A DNA stretch of 64,000 bases. It comes from Candidatus Cloacimonadota bacterium. Its GTDB lineage: Bacteria > Cloacimonadota > Cloacimonadia > Cloacimonadales > WRIO01. This document shows, piece after piece, positions 47,329 to 57,780 of the stretch. The stretch lies in NCBI GenBank assembly GCA_029564175.1, contig JAKQQL010000215.1, positions 1 to 64,000 of the forward strand, in the 5' to 3' direction. A model generated the notes under the pieces. The model was not told the DNA's origin and searched no databases. It saw only the letters and a list, made by a program, of their open reading frames with translations. Both the position numbers and the translations under genes were made by a program. Within the stretch, counting starts at the first letter, position 1, and every line of letters begins with the position of its first letter.

Positions 47329-47730
47329 ATGAAAAAAATCTTAATAATCATAAGCATACTTATTATTTTAGGATGTGGTCTTTATTTTTATTTTGTAATT
47401 TATCCTAAAATGAAAGATAAAACTGATCATACAGAGGAACAATATCCTGCAATCAAGATTGGTCTTGTTAATGGATGCGGTTATCAGGGGGTTGCCGGAA
47501 ATATAGCAGAGGCAATGACTGATAAAAATATAGATGTGGTACAGATTTCCAATGCCCGGAAATTCATTTACAAAGAGTCAGTAATTGTCATAAAAATTGA
47601 TGATAAAAATGAGCTGGAACGGTTAAAAAAAATGACAGGAATCACTCATGTCATCTATGCCTTAAATGATACCTATCCGGTTCCATTTTTAATAATAGCA
47701 GGTAAGGATTATCAGACCTATTTCCATTAA
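47329..47730 (+). CDS. LytR C-terminal domain protein
   Basis: N-terminal TM; VNGCGYQGVA...NA...IIAGKD. Confidence 0.8.
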   Translation: MKKILIIISILIILGCGLYFYFVIYPKMKDKTDHTEEQYPAIKIGLVNGCGYQGVAGNIAEAMTDKNIDVVQISNARKFIYKESVIVIKIDDKNELERLKKMTGITHVIYALNDTYPVPFLIIAGKDYQTYFH

Positions 47731-47760
47731 AGGAATTCAGGTAGAAATAAAAGGAGTGTT

Positions 47761-48123
47761 ATGGAACACAGTATAACAGATAAGGTAAAACTGATTGTTG
47801 AATGGCTTGAAACAAAGAAAGCTGAAAATATCAGTTATATCAATTTACAGGGAAAGACTAGTTTTACAGATGCTATTATTGTCTGTAACGGTACCGCTGA
47901 AATTCATAACCGTGCAATTGCAGATCATGTAATTGACATGGCAAAAGAACATAAAATGATGATTTTAGGTAAAGAAGGTATGGAAAATGCAAAATGGATA
48001 TTAATCGATTTAGGTGATGTAATCATTCATATCTTCAATTCAGCCATGAGAGATTTCTATAAAATGGAACAACTCTGGATAAAAGAAAATAAAATACAGG
48101 ATACAGAACAAAATGAAGATTAA
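47761..48123 (+). CDS. rsfS: Ribosome silencing factor
   Basis: KKAENI; WILIDLGDVIIHIF...RDFYKMEQLW. Confidence 0.95.
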   Translation: MEHSITDKVKLIVEWLETKKAENISYINLQGKTSFTDAIIVCNGTAEIHNRAIADHVIDMAKEHKMMILGKEGMENAKWILIDLGDVIIHIFNSAMRDFYKMEQLWIKENKIQDTEQNED

Positions 48124-49780
48124 AGATATCATCAGAAAAGAGATTGAAAAATCCGCTAAATCTTTAAAAATTCAGTTGAATACAATGTATTCTATTGAAA
48201 TTCCAAAAGTCAAAGAACATGGAGATTTTTCTTCAAATGTCGCTTTGATAAGTTGTAAACTCAATGAAAAAAATCCAATGGAACTCGCAGAAATAATATG
48301 TGCAAAACTCCAGAGAAATAAAAATTTTGATGAAGTTACAGTTGCAAAACCAGGCTTTATAAATTTTAAGATTTCACGAAACCTATATGTAGAAGTCATA
48401 AAAAGTATACTTGAACTGGGAGACGAGTTTGGACGTTCAGAATATGGTGAAGGCAAAAAAGTGTTGCTAGAATTTGTTAGTGCCAATCCAACGGGACCGC
48501 TCAATATCGTTAGTGCACGAGCAGCTGCTTATGGTGACACCTTATACAGAATTATGTCATTTATTGGTTTTGATCCGACACGTGAGTTCTATATCAATGA
48601 TGCTGGTAATCAGGTAGAAATTCTGGCTGAATCGATTGAATTAAGATTTAGAGAATTGTTGGGAGAAAAAATAGATGATATGCCAATGGAAGCTTATCAT
48701 GGAGAATATGTAAAAGAACTGGCTCAAAAACTCAATACAATGGAAGGTTCTCGAATTCTTCATATGAGTGAAATTGAAAGAATTCAAAAGATTAAAAAAT
48801 TTGCTCTTGACGAAATTCATGAAATGCAAGTCGAGAGTCTTGAAAAATTTGATGTTGAGTTTGATTCCTGGATTTCAGAAAAAGCGATAAGATCTATGGG
48901 TATCATTGAAGAAGTATTAAGCTATCTTTATGAATCTAAAGTAACTTATGAAAAAGATGATGCTATCTGGTTTATGGCAACAAAATTTGGTGATGAAAAA
49001 GATCGTGTTTTACTCAAAGCAGATGGTCTTCCTACTTATTTTGTTCCGGATATTGCTTATCATACTACCAAATATCAGCGAGAATATGATGTCATCATTG
49101 ATGTCTTAGGTCCCGATCATCATGGTTATATACAAAGACTGATTGCAGCATTAAGTGCTTTAAAATATGATGAAAAAAAATTAGAATTTATTTTTCTTCA
49201 ACAAGTGAATTTATTCAATGAAGGCGAAAAAATTAAAATGTCAAAACGTGCAGGTAAAATTGTGACGATGAATGAGTTGATTGACGAGGTAGGGAAAGAT
49301 GCTGCGAGATTTTTCTTTATTGACCGTAAGCCTAATTCTCATTTAAATTTCGACCTTGAGCTTGCAAAAAAACAGTCTTCTGAAAATCCTGTTTATTACT
49401 GTCAATATGCTTATGCCCGTATTTGCAGCATTCTAGATAAAGCAGATAAATTACAGTTAAAAACAAAAGAGATTGACTTCACTAAACTGAAGAAATTAAA
49501 CAGACCGGATGAATTTGAAATTATCAAGAAATTACAAGAGTTTCCAGATGTTTTAATTGGTTGTTCTGATTTTCGTGAACCACATCGCCTAAGTGAATAT
49601 TTAAAAGAATTAAGTGGTTCTTTCCACAGATATTACCATGAATGTGGTATATTAAATAAGAGAACAAAAGATACCACTTTTGCTCGCTTATACCTCATTA
49701 AAGCCGTTAAAAACGTATTATCAACAGGATTAAACTTAATAGGAGTCAGTTCACCTGACAAATTATATAAGTTAAAATGA
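48113..49780 (+). CDS. argS: Arginine-tRNA ligase
   Basis: HGDFSSN; EFVSANPTGPL; YINDAGNQ; GPDHHGY; KMSKRAG; NPVYYCQYAYAR. Confidence 0.96.
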   Translation: MKIKDIIRKEIEKSAKSLKIQLNTMYSIEIPKVKEHGDFSSNVALISCKLNEKNPMELAEIICAKLQRNKNFDEVTVAKPGFINFKISRNLYVEVIKSILELGDEFGRSEYGEGKKVLLEFVSANPTGPLNIVSARAAAYGDTLYRIMSFIGFDPTREFYINDAGNQVEILAESIELRFRELLGEKIDDMPMEAYHGEYVKELAQKLNTMEGSRILHMSEIERIQKIKKFALDEIHEMQVESLEKFDVEFDSWISEKAIRSMGIIEEVLSYLYESKVTYEKDDAIWFMATKFGDEKDRVLLKADGLPTYFVPDIAYHTTKYQREYDVIIDVLGPDHHGYIQRLIAALSALKYDEKKLEFIFLQQVNLFNEGEKIKMSKRAGKIVTMNELIDEVGKDAARFFFIDRKPNSHLNFDLELAKKQSSENPVYYCQYAYARICSILDKADKLQLKTKEIDFTKLKKLNRPDEFEIIKKLQEFPDVLIGCSDFREPHRLSEYLKELSGSFHRYYHECGILNKRTKDTTFARLYLIKAVKNVLSTGLNLIGVSSPDKLYKLK

Positions 49781-50280
49781 GAAAAATGTTAGTTATTTCT
49801 GATACCCATCATAACTTTGATTTGATGGGTACAGTTTTTGCTAAAGAGCATGATATTGATTCCATTATTCATCTAGGCGATGAACATGATGATTTGGATT
49901 TTTTTCCTGAATTTACAAGTAATAAAACAATCTACAGTGTACCAGGACTTTACCATAAAGATTACTATCTTATCCTAAAAAAATGTATCAAAGTTAAAAT
50001 CGAAAATTGGGAAATGATACTAGCTCATTCTCCTCATGATTTACAATACCAAAGTCAAGAAAATTTAATTTATATACATGGACATACCCATAAGGCTACA
50101 ATAAGGATAGAAAAAGGAAGCTGTGTGATAAATCCAGGTCATTTAAAAGCATTAAAAGACAGGGGAGAGGTAGCATCATACATGATTTTTGAGATTGATA
50201 ACGGTTCTGTAAAGTTTATTTTAAAAAATATTCAGGGAGAATTACTCTCAGAAAAAATCATTTCAAAAAATATAAAATGA
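49777..50280 (+). CDS. YfcE-like metallophosphoesterase
   Basis: ISDTH; HLGD; GHTH; INPG. Confidence 0.88.
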   Translation: MRKMLVISDTHHNFDLMGTVFAKEHDIDSIIHLGDEHDDLDFFPEFTSNKTIYSVPGLYHKDYYLILKKCIKVKIENWEMILAHSPHDLQYQSQENLIYIHGHTHKATIRIEKGSCVINPGHLKALKDRGEVASYMIFEIDNGSVKFILKNIQGELLSEKIISKNIK

Positions 50281-50789
50281 GATATAATACAGGAATATTT
50301 GAAGTTTTAGAACGTTTTTTTAGTCTGGATTTTCAAAGACTGATTCTCTATTTCTTAATCTTGTTTATTCTGTATATATTCATACGATTCTACACAAACC
50401 GCAGAAAAAAATTGATCGCTTTAAGTAAAATCCAAAAAATGCCTGCGAATATTTGGTTTTACTCAAAATTGATTGATTTTGAGTTAGGTATTGATAAAGT
50501 GAATTCTATGAGATTGTTAAAATGCTTCTATGATTATTTGCAAAGAAAATATAAAATTAATGACTCGGATTTGAAAGAAAAAACAATTTTTCAATGGGTA
50601 AATGAAAAAGAAGAAGATCTGGAATATATTGAATTATATGGAGATATATACAATCGCATAAATGAGTTGAAACAAAATGATAGTTCAGAAGTTATCACTT
50701 ATATAAAAAGTATAAAAAAATACTTTAATCAGGAAGACCTGACTGACTGGATAGAAAAACGACGTCAGGAAAATTGCAATAATTGTTAG
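50277..50789 (+). CDS. Hypothetical single-TM membrane protein
   Basis: Translationally coupled ORF in the operon; one hydrophobic segment. Confidence 0.65.
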   Translation: MRYNTGIFEVLERFFSLDFQRLILYFLILFILYIFIRFYTNRRKKLIALSKIQKMPANIWFYSKLIDFELGIDKVNSMRLLKCFYDYLQRKYKINDSDLKEKTIFQWVNEKEEDLEYIELYGDIYNRINELKQNDSSEVITYIKSIKKYFNQEDLTDWIEKRRQENCNNC

Positions 50790-50801
50790 AAAGGAGAAAG
50801 T

Positions 50802-51791
50802 ATGGTTTCTATTGAAGAATTACACAGACAAGTACTTGAACAAAGCCAAAAGATTGATATATTAGTAAGTGAATTAAGAAGAAATATTGTTGGACAGGAT
50901 TATATGATAAAGCGTATGCTCATAGGTCTACTGGCTAATGGTCATATTCTGCTCGAAGGTGTTCCTGGTCTGGCAAAGACTTTAGCCGTAAGTTCTCTGG
51001 CTGACACCTTAACCGCATCATTCAGAAGAATCCAGTTTACTCCTGATCTTCTTCCAGCAGACCTTTTAGGTACCTTGATTTATAATCAAAAAACAGCTGA
51101 TTTTGAACCCAGAATTGGGCCTATTTTTGCCAATTTTGTATTAGCAGATGAAATTAACCGTGCACCTGCTAAAGTTCAGTCTGCACTTCTTGAAGCTATG
51201 CAGGAAAAACAAATGACTATTGGTAAAACAACCTGGGAATTACCAAAACCCTTTATTGTTATGGCGACTCAAAATCCGCTAGAACAGGAAGGAACATATC
51301 CATTACCTGAAGCACAGGTTGATAGGTTTATGTTGAAGCTTATTGTAAACTATCCAAATAGAAACGAAGAAAAAGAAATTTTAAATAAAATGGTCAGCAG
51401 TGATCCTGAAAAACTAAACAAGATACTCACACCAGAAAATATTCTGGAAATGCGTGAGATTGTTAAAAATATCTATATGGAAGAGAAGATAAAAGATTAT
51501 ATCCTGGATCTTGTTTTTGCCACTCGTGAACCAGATAAATTCAAAAATCTAAACGAGCTGAAATCTTATATAGAATGTGGTGCTTCTCCTCGTGCAACTT
51601 TATATTTAGCAAGGGCAGCCAAGGCACATGCTTTCCTGGAACATAGGGGATATGTTACACCTGATGATATCAAAGCCATTGGTCGCGATATTTTAAGACA
51701 TAGAATCATCTTAACCTATGAGGCTGAAGCTGAACAGATTACAACCGATCATATCATTAACAGACTCTTTGATGAAATTGAGGTTCCATAA
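50802..51791 (+). CDS. moxR: MoxR-family AAA+ ATPase
   Basis: EGVPGLAKT; RIQFTPDLLPAD; DEINRA; ATQNPLEQEGTYPLPEAQVDRF. Confidence 0.96.
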   Translation: MVSIEELHRQVLEQSQKIDILVSELRRNIVGQDYMIKRMLIGLLANGHILLEGVPGLAKTLAVSSLADTLTASFRRIQFTPDLLPADLLGTLIYNQKTADFEPRIGPIFANFVLADEINRAPAKVQSALLEAMQEKQMTIGKTTWELPKPFIVMATQNPLEQEGTYPLPEAQVDRFMLKLIVNYPNRNEEKEILNKMVSSDPEKLNKILTPENILEMREIVKNIYMEEKIKDYILDLVFATREPDKFKNLNELKSYIECGASPRATLYLARAAKAHAFLEHRGYVTPDDIKAIGRDILRHRIILTYEAEAEQITTDHIINRLFDEIEVP

Positions 51792-51793
51792 AA

Positions 51794-52678
51794 ATGGAAG
51801 CTTCTGAAATCTTAAAAAGAATCAGAAAAATCGAGATATCAACCAAAGCCTTAGTGAATGAAGTATTCTCAGGTGAATACCATTCCATGTTTAAAGGACA
51901 CGGACTGGAGTTTGCAGAAGTAAGAGAATATCAGGATGGCGACAGTTTTAAAGAGATAGACTGGAATGTTACAGCAAGACTGGGAAAACCACATATAAAG
52001 AAATTTAACGAAACACGTGAGTTGAGTGTTTTGTTTTTAGTTGATACAAGTGCTTCTTCTCATTTTGGAACTGTCAGTTATTTAAAATCTGAAATCATTA
52101 CTGAATTAACGGCTTTATTATCATTCTCCGCTTTATCAAACAATGACAAAGTCGGATTGATTCTTTTTTCAGATCAGATTGAACAATTCTCTCCGCCTAG
52201 AAAAGGCAGAAAAAATACTTTAAAAATATTGAGAGATATCTTGTATTTTGAACCAAAAGGAAAAGGAACCTGCATTGAGAAAGCAATAGAATTTGTTTGG
52301 AAAATCACCAAGAAAAAATCAGTGATTTTTATTATATCGGATTTTTTTGATAAAAACTACGAACATAGTTTAAGAATCTTATCAAAAAAACATGATGTTG
52401 TTGCTTTTAGAATAATTGATCCTGCTGAGTTAAAAATGCCTGATGCAGGCATTCTTCATTTTCAAGATCCAGAAACAGGACATCGAATCACAGTTAATAC
52501 CTCCTCAAGAAAATTCAGAGAATTGTTTCAGGCAAGTATGGTAAAACAAACCTTATCGCTTGAAGAAACCTTTAAAAAAATGAAAATAGATTTGTTAACA
52601 ATCAAAACAGATCAAAATTATATCCCAAATCTGATAAACTTCTTTAAAAGTCGTATTAAACGTATTAAACGAGGTTAA
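51794..52678 (+). CDS. DUF58 (VWA-like) protein
   Basis: GLEFAEVREYQ.GD..KEIDWNVTAR; DTSAS; ISDF. Confidence 0.93.
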   Translation: MEASEILKRIRKIEISTKALVNEVFSGEYHSMFKGHGLEFAEVREYQDGDSFKEIDWNVTARLGKPHIKKFNETRELSVLFLVDTSASSHFGTVSYLKSEIITELTALLSFSALSNNDKVGLILFSDQIEQFSPPRKGRKNTLKILRDILYFEPKGKGTCIEKAIEFVWKITKKKSVIFIISDFFDKNYEHSLRILSKKHDVVAFRIIDPAELKMPDAGILHFQDPETGHRITVNTSSRKFRELFQASMVKQTLSLEETFKKMKIDLLTIKTDQNYIPNLINFFKSRIKRIKRG

Positions 52679-52679
52679 T

Positions 52680-53567
52680 TTGAAAAGAATTCTTTTATTA
52701 TTATCAGCTTTGTTAATAATTGCATTGCATGCAACTGATTTGCCAGTTAAGCTGATAAAACCTGATACACTTTATATCGGTGAGAGCTTCACGCTGGAAA
52801 TTGAAATACCGAAAGATGAAAAAGTCAATATATCAGAGCCCAAAAACATAAATTCTGATCAGGTTGTACTAATCAAAACTGAACTTCAGGATTCTGAAAA
52901 AACATATAAGTACCTTTTAACAGTTGCTGCTTTCGACACAGGTAAAGTTGACGTTCCAGCAATCAGCTTTTATAAAAAATCAGAAAAGGCATTAGATTCA
53001 TTGTTAACTCAATCCTTTTCTATATGGGTCTCATCTTCTTTAACGCCTGCTGATACAACGATTAAAGATATCAAAGAACCTGAGTCTGTTTACCTGGAAT
53101 GGCAGGATTATGTTCTTTTACTGATAATTTTTAATCTACTCAGCTTGCTGTATGTATTGGTAAAAAACTTCAGAAATAGAAAGAATAAAGAAGAAGAATA
53201 TCAAACCATTGATTTAAGACCAGCCTGGGAAAAAGCAATGGAAATGCTGTTAAAACTCAAAGAACAAGATTTGCTGGAAAGAAATGAATGGATTGAATAT
53301 CATTATTCTCTTTCAATTGTCTTAAGACATTTTCTAATGTTGCAGTTTAATGTTAAAGCGGTTGAAATGACAACTTATGAAGTAAAAGAAAGTTTGCCTA
53401 CTGATTTTCAATTTAAGAGAGAAATTATACAACTACTGAGTTTCTGTGATCAAATAAAATATGCTAAAGGTATTCCTGATATCAGCATATCAAAAAAATA
53501 TGAAGAATGGCTCGAACAGTATATCATTAGCTTTAAAATAGAAAGTAAAGAAACGGAAGCATTATGA
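52680..53567 (+). CDS. Bat-cluster membrane protein (signal peptide, Ig-like domain, TM)
   Basis: IKDIK.P then TM; A.EMTT.E; D.IKYAK; typical third gene of Bat clusters. Confidence 0.75.
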   Translation: MKRILLLLSALLIIALHATDLPVKLIKPDTLYIGESFTLEIEIPKDEKVNISEPKNINSDQVVLIKTELQDSEKTYKYLLTVAAFDTGKVDVPAISFYKKSEKALDSLLTQSFSIWVSSSLTPADTTIKDIKEPESVYLEWQDYVLLLIIFNLLSLLYVLVKNFRNRKNKEEEYQTIDLRPAWEKAMEMLLKLKEQDLLERNEWIEYHYSLSIVLRHFLMLQFNVKAVEMTTYEVKESLPTDFQFKREIIQLLSFCDQIKYAKGIPDISISKKYEEWLEQYIISFKIESKETEAL

Positions 53568-54556
53568 TTCAATTCTTGTACCCCCTCTGGTTTCTTGCTT
53601 TAGTACTGTTACCCATATACTGGTACTATGAGTGGAAATTTAAAAGCAAGAAAAAACCTCGTATCCAATATGCTCTGGTAGATGTTATAAAAGATATTCA
53701 AAAGAGAAATCACTGGTCATTCTACACTCACATTATTATAAAATCCCTTGTTTTTATACTGATTATATGCGCACTTGCAAGACCACGTCAGGTACTGGTT
53801 CGTAAAGACATCAGTAAGAAGGGTGTTGACATTATATTTGCACTTGATGTCAGTGGTAGTATGCTTGCTGTTGACTTTAAACCTGTAAACAGAATGGAAG
53901 CAGCTAAGAAAGTGGCAGCACAATTCGTACAAAAGCGAGACCATGACAGAATTGGAATCGTAACATTTGCTGAATATGCCTATACTCAAGCTCCGTTAAC
54001 TCTTGATTATAATATGATTCTAAATGTGATTGATAAGCTAAACGTTGATGAGCAACAAAGTGGTACTGCTATTGGTAGCGGAATTGCAACTGCAATAACC
54101 CGATTAAAAAATTCAGAAGCAAAATCTAAAGTTATCATTCTGATAACAGATGGTCGTAACAATGCTGGAGAAATAGACCCTTTTTCTGTTGCAGAACTTG
54201 CTAAGACATTAGGAATTAAAGTATATTGCGTCGCAGTAGGAAGTACAGGTCCGGTTGATTATCCTTTTGTTGACCCTATATTTGGAGTACAATATCAAAA
54301 AGTGATGATAGATATGGATATTCCATCGCTAAACAAAATTGCACAGATTACAGGAACAAGAAAAGTATCTGTTGCAACAAATTCTAATGAACTTAATCAA
54401 ATTTTAGAAGAAATAAACAGACTGGAAAAAAGTGAGATAAAACAAAAAAACTACTATGAATATGAAGAGACGTTTACTTATTTGCTGGTGATTTTATTAA
54501 TTCTGATGCTATATGATGTACTTAGACGTACTATTATACGTAAAGATATTCCGTGA
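53564..54556 (+). CDS. batA: VWA-domain protein BatA
   Basis: ALARP; DVSGSM; GTAIG; ILITDGRNNAG. Confidence 0.88.
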   Translation: MIQFLYPLWFLALVLLPIYWYYEWKFKSKKKPRIQYALVDVIKDIQKRNHWSFYTHIIIKSLVFILIICALARPRQVLVRKDISKKGVDIIFALDVSGSMLAVDFKPVNRMEAAKKVAAQFVQKRDHDRIGIVTFAEYAYTQAPLTLDYNMILNVIDKLNVDEQQSGTAIGSGIATAITRLKNSEAKSKVIILITDGRNNAGEIDPFSVAELAKTLGIKVYCVAVGSTGPVDYPFVDPIFGVQYQKVMIDMDIPSLNKIAQITGTRKVSVATNSNELNQILEEINRLEKSEIKQKNYYEYEETFTYLLVILLILMLYDVLRRTIIRKDIP

Positions 54557-54562
54557 GGTCTT

Positions 54563-55600
54563 ATGAACTGGGGAAATCCAAACTTTCTTTATCTATTATT
54601 ACTGATACCCATACTGATAGTCATGATGATTATCGGGACAAAAATCAGATTGAAACGATTTTCACGTTTCGCTTCAAAATCATTATTTACATTTCATTAC
54701 CGTAACTTTTCAATTTTTCACTGGAATATAAAAATTGCATTGATTATTATTGCCATTATGTTTGTTGTGATAGCACTGGCACGTCCCCAGTGGGATAAAG
54801 AAGTGCAGGAAGTCCATCAACAGGGAATTGATATTGTTGTCTGTATCGATGTATCTAAAAGTATGGATGCAGCAGATATCAGACCTTCCAGGCTTGAAAG
54901 AGCAAAAAATCATATCAGTCTTTTCCTGGAGGAGTTAAAAGGAGATAGAGTCGGGATCGTGGCATTTGCAGGAAAAAGCATGGTATTATGCCCCTTAACA
55001 GATGATTATGCAGCTTTGAATATGTTTTTATCTACACTGAATACTGAGACAATAACAGCTTATGGCACGAATATAGGCTCTGCCCTCGAAAAAGCTGAAA
55101 AAATGTTTTTAAAAGAATCGAAAAGTAAAATTATCATTTTAATTAGCGATGGGGAAGACTTAGAAGCTGATGGGATAAAAATGGCTTCAAGAATTGCCAA
55201 ACAAAATATTAATATTTTTAGTATTGGCGTTGGCTCAATTGATGGCAGTCCAATTGAAATGATTAATTCATATGGACAGGTTGAATATGCAAAAGATGAC
55301 CAAGGTAATATCGTATTATCAAAAATGGATGTAGAAACACTTTCTGCTATTTCTTCAAATGCTAATGGGAAATTTTACCCGATTACACCACAAAATTCTG
55401 AAATATATGATATTCTTAATCAAATAACTGGAAAAGAAAAAAATAAAATCAGTAGTAAACAATATTTTAAATTTAAAGAACAATATCATTATTTTGTTAT
55501 AATTGCCTTGATATTAATCATTATTGAAGCACTTGTTACTTATGAAAACAGATTTAACAAAGTTAATATAGACAAACCATCAAGATCATCAAAGGATTGA
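54563..55600 (+). CDS. batB: VWA-domain protein BatB
   Basis: ALARPQW; DVSKSM.A.DI.PSRL; PLTDD; SDGED. Confidence 0.88.
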   Translation: MNWGNPNFLYLLLLIPILIVMMIIGTKIRLKRFSRFASKSLFTFHYRNFSIFHWNIKIALIIIAIMFVVIALARPQWDKEVQEVHQQGIDIVVCIDVSKSMDAADIRPSRLERAKNHISLFLEELKGDRVGIVAFAGKSMVLCPLTDDYAALNMFLSTLNTETITAYGTNIGSALEKAEKMFLKESKSKIIILISDGEDLEADGIKMASRIAKQNINIFSIGVGSIDGSPIEMINSYGQVEYAKDDQGNIVLSKMDVETLSAISSNANGKFYPITPQNSEIYDILNQITGKEKNKISSKQYFKFKEQYHYFVIIALILIIIEALVTYENRFNKVNIDKPSRSSKD

Positions 55601-55603
55601 TTT

Positions 55604-56230
55604 ATGAAGAAATTAAGTCTTATTTGTCTCCTGATCCTATTCACTATCACATTGAATGCCATTGATATCAATTTTAAAAAAGTTTACAGAAATATGATTG
55701 GTAATCATCAATATAAAAAGAACGATTTTAATAATGCACAAAAAAGTTTTGAAAAAAACTCAATTGATTATCCTGATAAGGATAATTTACATTATAATCT
55801 GGGTAACTCACTCTATAAAAATGGAAAGTACCAGGAAGCATTGAAAGAATATGAAATTGCATTACATAACAAAAATCCAGAACTAGAATCAAAAATACAT
55901 CACAACATCGGTAATATCCATTTTCTAAATAAAGATTATCAAAAAGCAATTGATGCTTACAAGAAATCACTCGTTAAAAAAAATAATCAGGAAGATACCA
56001 GAAAAAATTACGAGCTTGCAAAAAGGTTACTGATTCAACAACAAGAAAACAAAAACCAAAATCAAGATCAAGACCAACAAAAACAAGAGAAACAAGACAA
56101 AAAGGAAGAAAATACTCAGGAACAAATAGAAGCTCAGAGTATATTAAAAGCAATTGAAGAAAAAGAAAAAGAACAACAAAAGAAAAAATCGCAGAATACA
56201 GGAAAGTATAAATCAGGAAAATACTGGTAA
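55604..56230 (+). CDS. batC: TPR protein BatC-like
   Basis: YNLGNSLY and HNIGN TPRs; Q/K-rich tail ending in KYW. Confidence 0.8.
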   Translation: MKKLSLICLLILFTITLNAIDINFKKVYRNMIGNHQYKKNDFNNAQKSFEKNSIDYPDKDNLHYNLGNSLYKNGKYQEALKEYEIALHNKNPELESKIHHNIGNIHFLNKDYQKAIDAYKKSLVKKNNQEDTRKNYELAKRLLIQQQENKNQNQDQDQQKQEKQDKKEENTQEQIEAQSILKAIEEKEKEQQKKKSQNTGKYKSGKYW

Positions 56231-57166
56231 ATGATACCATTTCATGATTTTATCAGTAAATTTATCCAGTATGAAAAAGCAAAAAACTTCTCTGATAATA
56301 CTTTAATTGCTTATGAATCTGATTTGTATCAGTTTCAGGAATACTTGATTTCAAGATTTGAAGGATACAAAATTATTCTAAAAGAGATTGACAAATCTAT
56401 GATTCAGGACTATATGATTGAATTATCTAATCAACATATATCTAACCGCTCTCTTGAAAGAAAAATAACCTCAATTAGAGAATTTTTTAAATATCTGTAC
56501 ATGGAAGACTATATTCAGATTAATCCGGCCAAAACAATACATTCTCCAAAATATAGTAAAAAACTTCCTATATCTCTAACATCAGAAGAGTTATCAAAAT
56601 TATGTGAAATACCAAACCAGACAACTCCTTTTGGATCTCGAAACATTGCAATAATTAAGTTATTCTATTCCAGTGGATTGCGTGCAAGTGAATTATGTAA
56701 TTTATTACTAAATGATATCCAATTGACTCAAAAAAAAGTAGTTGTTACAGGAAAAGGCAATAAACAAAGAGTTATTCCAGTCTCTGATGATGCCATTTTG
56801 GCTATTGATCAGTATCTGTCGGTAAGAAATCACTTCAGACCACAAAATAATCATTTGTTTGTATCGAAAAGCGGTATTGCTTTGACTTATACTGAGATTT
56901 ATAAAATTTTGAAAATGTATTTTAGGCAAACTTCAAAAGACTCCAGTTGTTCTACACATACATTGAGGCATACTTTTGCTACTCATCTTATGGAAAATGG
57001 AGCTGATATCAGAGCAATTCAGGAAATGCTAGGGCATGAATCCATTTCAACAACAGAGATTTACACTCATGTCGCTGTATCAAACTTAAAAAAAGTGTAT
57101 AAAAAATTACATCCCCGTTCAAAACCTGATAAGACAGATAACCCTAAAAATCAAAGTGATAAATAG
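56231..57166 (+). CDS. xerC: Tyrosine recombinase XerC/XerD
   Basis: SGLRASE; GKGNKQR; HTLRHTFATHL; LGHES..TT.IYTH. Confidence 0.85.
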   Translation: MIPFHDFISKFIQYEKAKNFSDNTLIAYESDLYQFQEYLISRFEGYKIILKEIDKSMIQDYMIELSNQHISNRSLERKITSIREFFKYLYMEDYIQINPAKTIHSPKYSKKLPISLTSEELSKLCEIPNQTTPFGSRNIAIIKLFYSSGLRASELCNLLLNDIQLTQKKVVVTGKGNKQRVIPVSDDAILAIDQYLSVRNHFRPQNNHLFVSKSGIALTYTEIYKILKMYFRQTSKDSSCSTHTLRHTFATHLMENGADIRAIQEMLGHESISTTEIYTHVAVSNLKKVYKKLHPRSKPDKTDNPKNQSDK

Positions 57167-57770
57167 CCTTTAACTGCTCAATCTTGTTACCAAGCTGTAT
57201 AATCCCCTCAATAAAAGTTAAATCAACAGAATATTCAGGATCAAGCTCCTTAACGATAGCAAGACTCTGAGAGTATTGTTGTAAATTATAATAACAAATC
57301 GCTTTTAAAACCATAATATCTGAGTAATTCAAGCTAAAGTCTCTGCTAAATTGCCAGCTATTTGGAATTTGCCCTGATAGTGATAAGCTTTCATTGTAAT
57401 TGCTTTCCAGATAAGCAATGAATGACTGTCCGGCTTTTACATCCTGATAAAGAGAATCAGAAGGAGTCATCGTTTGAAGTGAATCAGTTTCAAAAAACTG
57501 GTTAAATTGTAAATCTGAATTGACTATTTTTTTTAATCTGAAATATGTCCAACCCAGGGCATGATAACCTTTTAAATATGCATTAGGTCGGGTTGTTAAC
57601 TCTAAAAAATAGGGGAGAGCAGAGTCATAATTCCCTTTAAGGTATTGATTCCATCCTAATTTTAATACATAATCAGAACTCAATCCGCTAATACTTGTCT
57701 GTTCATCTTTTTTCTCGCAAGCAGTAAAAAAGAGGCTTGCTACACACAGAAGAATGTATATATGTTTCAT
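57144..57770 (-). CDS. TPR-containing lipoprotein
   Basis: Lipobox FTAC; TPR-like helices (GWNQY, LGWTYF). Confidence 0.8.
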   Translation of the reverse strand: MKHIYILLCVASLFFTACEKKDEQTSISGLSSDYVLKLGWNQYLKGNYDSALPYFLELTTRPNAYLKGYHALGWTYFRLKKIVNSDLQFNQFFETDSLQTMTPSDSLYQDVKAGQSFIAYLESNYNESLSLSGQIPNSWQFSRDFSLNYSDIMVLKAICYYNLQQYSQSLAIVKELDPEYSVDLTFIEGIIQLGNKIEQLKAIYHFDF

Positions 57771-57780
57771 GTTTCCCCCA

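Noticed and set aside
56231..57166. Prophage or island integrase, or the invertase for the flagellin inverted repeats
   Set aside because: Typical XerC/D size and motifs, within a housekeeping run, with no att sites or cargo. The flagellin repeats show G-U-biased mismatches that favour RNA pairing over recombination.
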